Position numbers and translations under genes: made by a program. The notes below the pieces were generated by a model. It made no database searches, was not told the DNA's origin, and saw only the letters and a program-made list of their open reading frames with translations. Shown piece after piece: positions 62,197 through 64,000 of a stretch of 64,000 nt of DNA (position 1 is the stretch's first letter; every line of letters starts with the position of its first letter). The stretch comes from Felis catus (taxonomy: Eukaryota), in assembly GCF_018350175.1 (NCBI RefSeq), contig NC_058368.1:178314001-178378000 (forward strand). Reading direction: 5' to 3'.

Positions 62197-62402
62197 CAAG
62201 GTTTCCCTCCTTTGGGCTTTTGGGACCAGATAATTCTTTGTGGTAGAAGGAGGTCCTGTCATTGTAGAATATTTAGCAGTACATGTGGTCTCTACTTTCT
62301 AAATACCAGTAGCACCCCCACCCCAGTTGTGATAGTCAAACACACTTCCAAATAGTCTCCAGAATTCTCAGGGGTAAAATCCCTCTATGTTGAGAACCAG
62401 TG
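62197..62402. mobile_element. MER20 hAT-Charlie DNA transposon
   Basis: ttttgggaccagataattctttgtgg...tcctgtcattgtagaatatttagcag...ccagtagcacccccaccccagttgtga...gttgagaaccagtg. Confidence 0.85.
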
Positions 62403-63299
62403 CCTCTCACCTGAGTGCCTGCCCCTGCACCTTAGGCACTGACCTGTATTTCATTGTCTACAACAATTGGGACTTGTGCACTTCTGTTTCCAGCTCTTCT
62501 AGGTGACAAGTATTCCCAGTGCCCAAGCTACAAACCCCTGCCTTCCAGAATCAGATTATGCTTCTGAATATCCAGCTGCTTATCATAGATTTTGTGTTCT
62601 CCATACTCCATGCCATAGCTTCCTGCTTCCTGATTCTTTGTGCTTGTTTTCCTCCTTTTCCTGGTTTATGGTTTTGGATTTTAATAACCAGTTCTGTTTC
62701 TCAGGTGCTTTGGGTGGGTCATTAATTTCATGGTGCTCCACTCTTGTTAACAGCACTGCCTCTGACAATCAGGGACCCATCTAACCTCCATCCTTACCTT
62801 CCTCTGCCTTGTTTTTTTTGCTTCAGCCCAAACCTTCTTCACTGGTCCAGTCTCCAAGAGAGAAATTAACAGTGGTCCATGCACCAATGTAGACTATGAG
62901 GTCTCTGAACGATTGCAGATCTGTTTCCCAGGGGGAGTGAGACAGCATGGTGTTGGGGGGAGAGCATGGGTATTGAAAACATACACTTCTAAGCCCTGTC
63001 CTGGTCCCTCCAGTCTTTGTATGACTTTGGGCCAGTCACTGAATCTCTTGGAGGCTCAGTTTAATGCAATCATCCCCTTTTCCTTGAAAAAATTAAATGT
63101 AAATACATAAGGCCACAGATAGCTCAGAATTAGAAGACAAGTCTCCTTCCATAATTGTTTTCTTCCAGAATCCATACTGATAATATACTATTGTTAATAT
63201 ATGTTCTGTACTTGCCTCATTTTTGTCATCTTCTTACATAGTAGGCATCTTAACATTGTACTGTGTCGTGTGGAGACAAGACACTTGGATTTAAATGCA

Positions 63300-63450
63300 G
63301 TATCTAATTATTCCTCCCAACAATCCTGGAAGACAGGTATTATTTCTTCCCATTTTTCAGATGAGGAATTTGAGGCCACCAGGTCTCATAGGCAGAAAGT
63401 GGCAGGGCCAGGGTTATAATCTTAATTCTCCCTACTTAAAACACATGCTT
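63300..63450 (-). mobile_element. MIR SINE
   Basis: tcctcccaacaatcctggaagacaggtattatt..cccatttttcagatgaggaa. Confidence 0.7.
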
Positions 63451-63483
63451 TGAAACAAAAAGCATATTGCTTCCCACATAAAG

Positions 63484-63528
63484 CAGATATGCACCAAAGC
63501 ATTCAGAAACACCAGAATCATGTTCCAA
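63484..63528 (+). repeat. Dispersed 45-bp direct repeat, copy 2
   Basis: cagatatgcaccaaagCAttcagaaacaccagaatcatgttccaa. Confidence 0.95.
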
Positions 63529-64000
63529 ATTAATGGATGTGAATGAGATAATGTATGTAAAGTGCCTAACAGTGCCTGGCACACAATACTTAACAAATGT
63601 CAATTCTTCTCCTTACCTATTTTTTGGGTGGGGGAGGGTAATAAATGGAAACTGTGAGTTTTTTAAAGACAGCAGAAGACCTTTGTAAGTTCTTCCCCCT
63701 CCCCAGCCACACTCCCCACTGAGCTCTTGGTTCTTTTAGGCAGAGGTGGTATGTGTCCCTATGCTTCCTGCAGCACCTCAGAGAAGGTTTAATAAATACT
63801 TATCGATTTGACCATTGATTAAAGCAGCACTGGGGGTGCCAAGTCACCTCTGTGGTGGCTCCGTGGGGAGCAGTGGGGCTAGTGTGCTGGTCCATGGCTG
63901 CTCTCAGACAAGGGCGTTTGCATAACTGGAACGTGCTGTCCCCATCTTTAATAAAGATCCGAGCGTCACTAATTGGCAGGCAGAGGCTGTGTTCTCTCCA

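Noticed and set aside
61108..63528. CRISPR-like array or LTR pair
   Set aside because: Mammalian DNA, only two 45-bp copies, no spacers, no TG...CA LTR ends, and no retroviral internal sequence between them.

Overview
This is mammalian genomic DNA, almost certainly from a cat (Felidae), judged by eleven feliform-type tRNA-derived Can-SINEs (SINEC_Fc-like). It reads as a moderately GC-rich intronic or intergenic interval. I found no credible protein-coding exon and could not identify the host locus; the ORF track looks like chance or repeat-derived ORFs. Ancient repeats dominate: MIR, L2, MaLR/MLT1 LTRs, hAT-Charlie MER5/MER20/MER58 and old L1M pieces. Several repeat-free blocks rich in homeodomain motifs look like developmental enhancers. 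The most notable observations are: (1) two independent 33-35 nt 3'-truncated U2 snRNA retrocopies, each with a 12-bp target-site duplication (TSD); (2) a 45-bp dispersed duplication whose copies differ only as the two decay products of one CpG; (3) an old L1MB fragment with an apparent AT-to-GC substitution bias, possibly GC-biased gene conversion; (4) repeated SINE insertion at a single target site. I see no evidence of a novel multi-gene system. Repeat subfamily names come from remembered consensus sequences, not from a database search, and boundaries of old repeats are approximate.
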